A DNA stretch of 64,000 nt, taken from Vicinamibacterales bacterium. GTDB taxonomy: Bacteria; Acidobacteriota; Vicinamibacteria; Vicinamibacterales; JAKQTR01. Made by a program: the position numbers and the translations under genes. The notes under the pieces are model-generated. The model did not search any database and was not told the origin of the DNA. It worked only from the letters and a program-made list of their open reading frames with translations. The stretch spans positions 70,024-134,023 of the forward strand of contig JALOKU010000002.1 in NCBI GenBank assembly GCA_025456345.1. Direction: 5' to 3'. Shown here piece by piece: positions 61,910-64,000 of this stretch (positions are counted from its first letter, which is position 1; each line of letters begins with the position of its first letter).

Positions 61910-62096
61910 GAGTCCGCGTCGCAGAGACTTGGCGTCGGGACAGTTGTCACCAACGGCGGTTTCTGGAATCCTTTCAGGGTGGAGGTCCGCAGCGAGGCCT
62001 CCAGCTCGGGCGCCGGCATTCTGATCGCCATCATTCATCTGCCATCCGGCCTCGAGTCCACCCTTGTTGCCGTCACGCGCTGAAACGAGAGGCCGC

Positions 62097-64000
62097 ATGG
62101 ACCCCCTCTCTCGTCGCCGCTTTCTGCAGATTTCCGCTGCCACAATCGCTGCAACGTCGGCCACGGCTGGCGTCGCGAGGCTGGCGGGCCGCGCCGCCGG
62201 CGAAGAGGCGGCCGTCAAGGGCATCCACCGGATCCCGACCTTCTGCGACATCTGCTTCTGGAAGTGCGGCGCGATTGCCTACGTCGAGGACGGGAAGCTC
62301 TGGAAGATCGAGGGCAACCCGGACGACCCCTTGAGCCGCGGCCGCCTCTGTCCCCGGGGCACTGGAGGCGTCGGCGCCCATTTCGACGACGATCGGTTGA
62401 AGGCCCCGCTCATCCGGAGCAGCCGGCGCGGCGAGGACGTCTGGGCGCAGGTCACCTGGGACGAGGCGCTCACCCACATCGCCGAGAAAATGCAGGCCAT
62501 CAAGGCCAGGTACGGCCCCGAGGCCGTCGCGCTCTTCTCGCACGGGCTCGGCGGCACGTTCTTCAAGCACACGATCAAGGCCTTCGGCTCGCCGAATATC
62601 GCGGCGCCGTCGTTCGCCCAATGCCGCGGCCCGCGCGACGTCGGGTTCCACCTGACGTTCGGCGAGGAGGTCGGGTCCCCCGAGCGGACCGACATCCGCA
62701 ACGCCCGCTGTCTCGTGCTCATCGGATCGCATCTCGGCGAGAACATGCACAACACGCAGGTGCAGGAGTTCGCCGAGGCCATGGACGCCGGCGCGAGCCT
62801 CATCGTCGTCGACCCGCGCTTCTCGATCGCGGCAGGCAAGGCGAAGCACTACCTGCCGATCAAGCCGGGCGCGGATCTCGCCCTCGTGCTCGCGTGGATG
62901 CACGTGCTCGTGGCCGAGGGGCTCTACGACAGGGACTACGTCGCGCAGCACGGGTTCGGCTTCGAGGCGTTTGCGGCGGAGCTTGCGCCGTACACCCCGG
63001 AGTGGGCCTACCCGGAAACGGGTATCGAGCCGGCGGTCATCCGCGAGACGGCCCGCGAAATGGCCCGCTATCGTCCGGCCACGCTCGTGCACCCCGGGCG
63101 TCGCGCCACCTGGTACGGCGACGATGCGCAGCGGTCGAGGGCGATTGCGCTGCTGAACGCGCTGCTTGGAAGCTGGGGGCGCAAAGGCGGCTTCTACACT
63201 CCGGTGTCGATGGACATCCCGGGCTACCCGTACCCGCCGTACCCGGCGTCCGCCAAGGGTAAGGTCGACAACCCCGGAGGCAAGTACCCCTTCGCCCTCG
63301 AGACCTTGACGACGGGCATCCGCGAGGCGACGCTCACCGGCCAGCCGTACCCCGTCAAGGGATGGTTCACGTACGCCACGAACCTCGTCACCGCGCTGCC
63401 GAACGAGGCCGAGACCATCAAGGCCATCCAGAGCCTCGACTTGATGGTGGTCGTGGACGTGATTCCGGGCGAGATGGCCGGATGGGCCGACGTCGTGCTG
63501 CCGGAGTCGACGTATCTCGAGCGGTACGACGATCTGAACCCCGAGCTGTTCCGCGAGCCCTTCGTGGCGCTGCGGCAGCCGGTCGTCGCGTCGCCGCACG
63601 ACCAGAAGCCGAACTGGTGGATTGCCCGCGAGCTGGCGAAGAAGCTGGGCCTCGAGTCGTACTACCCCTGGAAGACGATCGAGGAGTACCTCGACTACCG
63701 GCTCACGAAGGCGGGGCTGAGCTTCGCCGAGCTGAAGCAGAAGGGCGTCATCCACGGGCGGCCGCAGCCGATCTACTACGAGGACGGCGTCGCGCCGGAG
63801 TTCCCGACGGCGTCAGGCAAGATCGACTTCTACTCGACGGCGCTCCGCGACAAGGGATTCGATCCGGTGCCGAAGTACACGAAACCGGCGGACCCTCCGC
63901 CCGGCATGTTCAGGCTGCTGTTCGGCCGGGCGCCCGTGCACTCGTTCGGCCGCACGCAGTCCAACCCGATCCTGCACGAGATGATGGAAGAGAACGAACT
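62097..64000 (+). CDS. Tat-exported molybdopterin (bis-MGD) oxidoreductase catalytic subunit, PsrA/PhsA-like; partial, runs off window
   Basis: Hand translation from the ATG at 62097 gives MDPLSRRRFLQISAAT (Tat), an N-terminal 4Fe-4S motif FCDICFWKCG...RLCPRG, and later SFAQCRGPRD. The frame stays open to 64000. Absent from the supplied ORF track, presumably because it has no stop in the window. Confidence 0.85.
   Translation, partial: MDPLSRRRFLQISAATIAATSATAGVARLAGRAAGEEAAVKGIHRIPTFCDICFWKCGAIAYVEDGKLWKIEGNPDDPLSRGRLCPRGTGGVGAHFDDDRLKAPLIRSSRRGEDVWAQVTWDEALTHIAEKMQAIKARYGPEAVALFSHGLGGTFFKHTIKAFGSPNIAAPSFAQCRGPRDVGFHLTFGEEVGSPERTDIRNARCLVLIGSHLGENMHNTQVQEFAEAMDAGASLIVVDPRFSIAAGKAKHYLPIKPGADLALVLAWMHVLVAEGLYDRDYVAQHGFGFEAFAAELAPYTPEWAYPETGIEPAVIRETAREMARYRPATLVHPGRRATWYGDDAQRSRAIALLNALLGSWGRKGGFYTPVSMDIPGYPYPPYPASAKGKVDNPGGKYPFALETLTTGIREATLTGQPYPVKGWFTYATNLVTALPNEAETIKAIQSLDLMVVVDVIPGEMAGWADVVLPESTYLERYDDLNPELFREPFVALRQPVVASPHDQKPNWWIARELAKKLGLESYYPWKTIEEYLDYRLTKAGLSFAELKQKGVIHGRPQPIYYEDGVAPEFPTASGKIDFYSTALRDKGFDPVPKYTKPADPPPGMFRLLFGRAPVHSFGRTQSNPILHEMMEENE

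Noticed and set aside
61910-62096. Possible molybdenum-cofactor riboswitch in the 187-nt leader of the molybdopterin oxidoreductase (contains GGAGGTCCGCAGCGAGGCCTCCAGCTCGGG).
   Set aside because: I cannot match the Moco RNA consensus reliably from memory and the pairing I see is modest. A cmsearch with Rfam RF01055 is needed before any claim.

Overview
High-GC bacterial chromosomal segment, densely coding, with about 53 recognisable protein genes and no rRNA, tRNA, CRISPR array, transposase, integrase or phage gene seen. The gene content is that of a Gram-negative-type soil bacterium. An Acidobacteriota-like origin is only a guess from CarboxypepD_reg-type TonB receptors, CPBP fusions and a TIGR04332-type PGA locus. 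Gene order runs as follows:
- hdrCB-like Fe-S genes with a divergent Rrf2 regulator, then adk.
- An OYE-lutABC-HAD operon.
- An ABC-2 exporter operon carrying an embedded pseudokinase and a permease-CPBP protease fusion.
- Several oxidoreductases: Zn-ADH, a URO-D family protein, a Tat-signal aldo/keto reductase, a large acyl-CoA dehydrogenase and a saccharopine dehydrogenase.
- tag, then a secreted thioredoxin-fold gene interrupted by an in-frame TGA at the first position of its redox motif (candidate selenoprotein).
- A BlaI/BlaR1-like pair followed by a B12-radical SAM gene.
- A pgsB-pgsC poly-gamma-glutamate locus, an SDR and typA.
- A four-gene minor-pilin-like cluster ending in a 930-aa PilX-N-domain protein.
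- An M64 peptidase, an NlpE/META protein, a rhomboid, pepD and an M29-like aminopeptidase.
- An ECF sigma/anti-sigma operon and a tandem cyclophilin.
- A Tat-exported PaoABC-like molybdenum hydroxylase, followed by a TAXI-TRAP transporter with a TonB-dependent receptor inserted between its two genes.
- An alpha/beta hydrolase, ettA, an extended-SDR epimerase, adenine deaminase and a partial Tat-dependent molybdopterin oxidoreductase.

The most unusual signal is non-coding. Eleven intergenic loci carry tandem heptanucleotide arrays, usually as inverted arms around a short core. They come in four sequence flavours that all share the phase A-G-N-N-G-C-N, and they start at or just after stop codons. 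All calls rest on motifs read from the supplied translations and the DNA; no database search or folding program was run.
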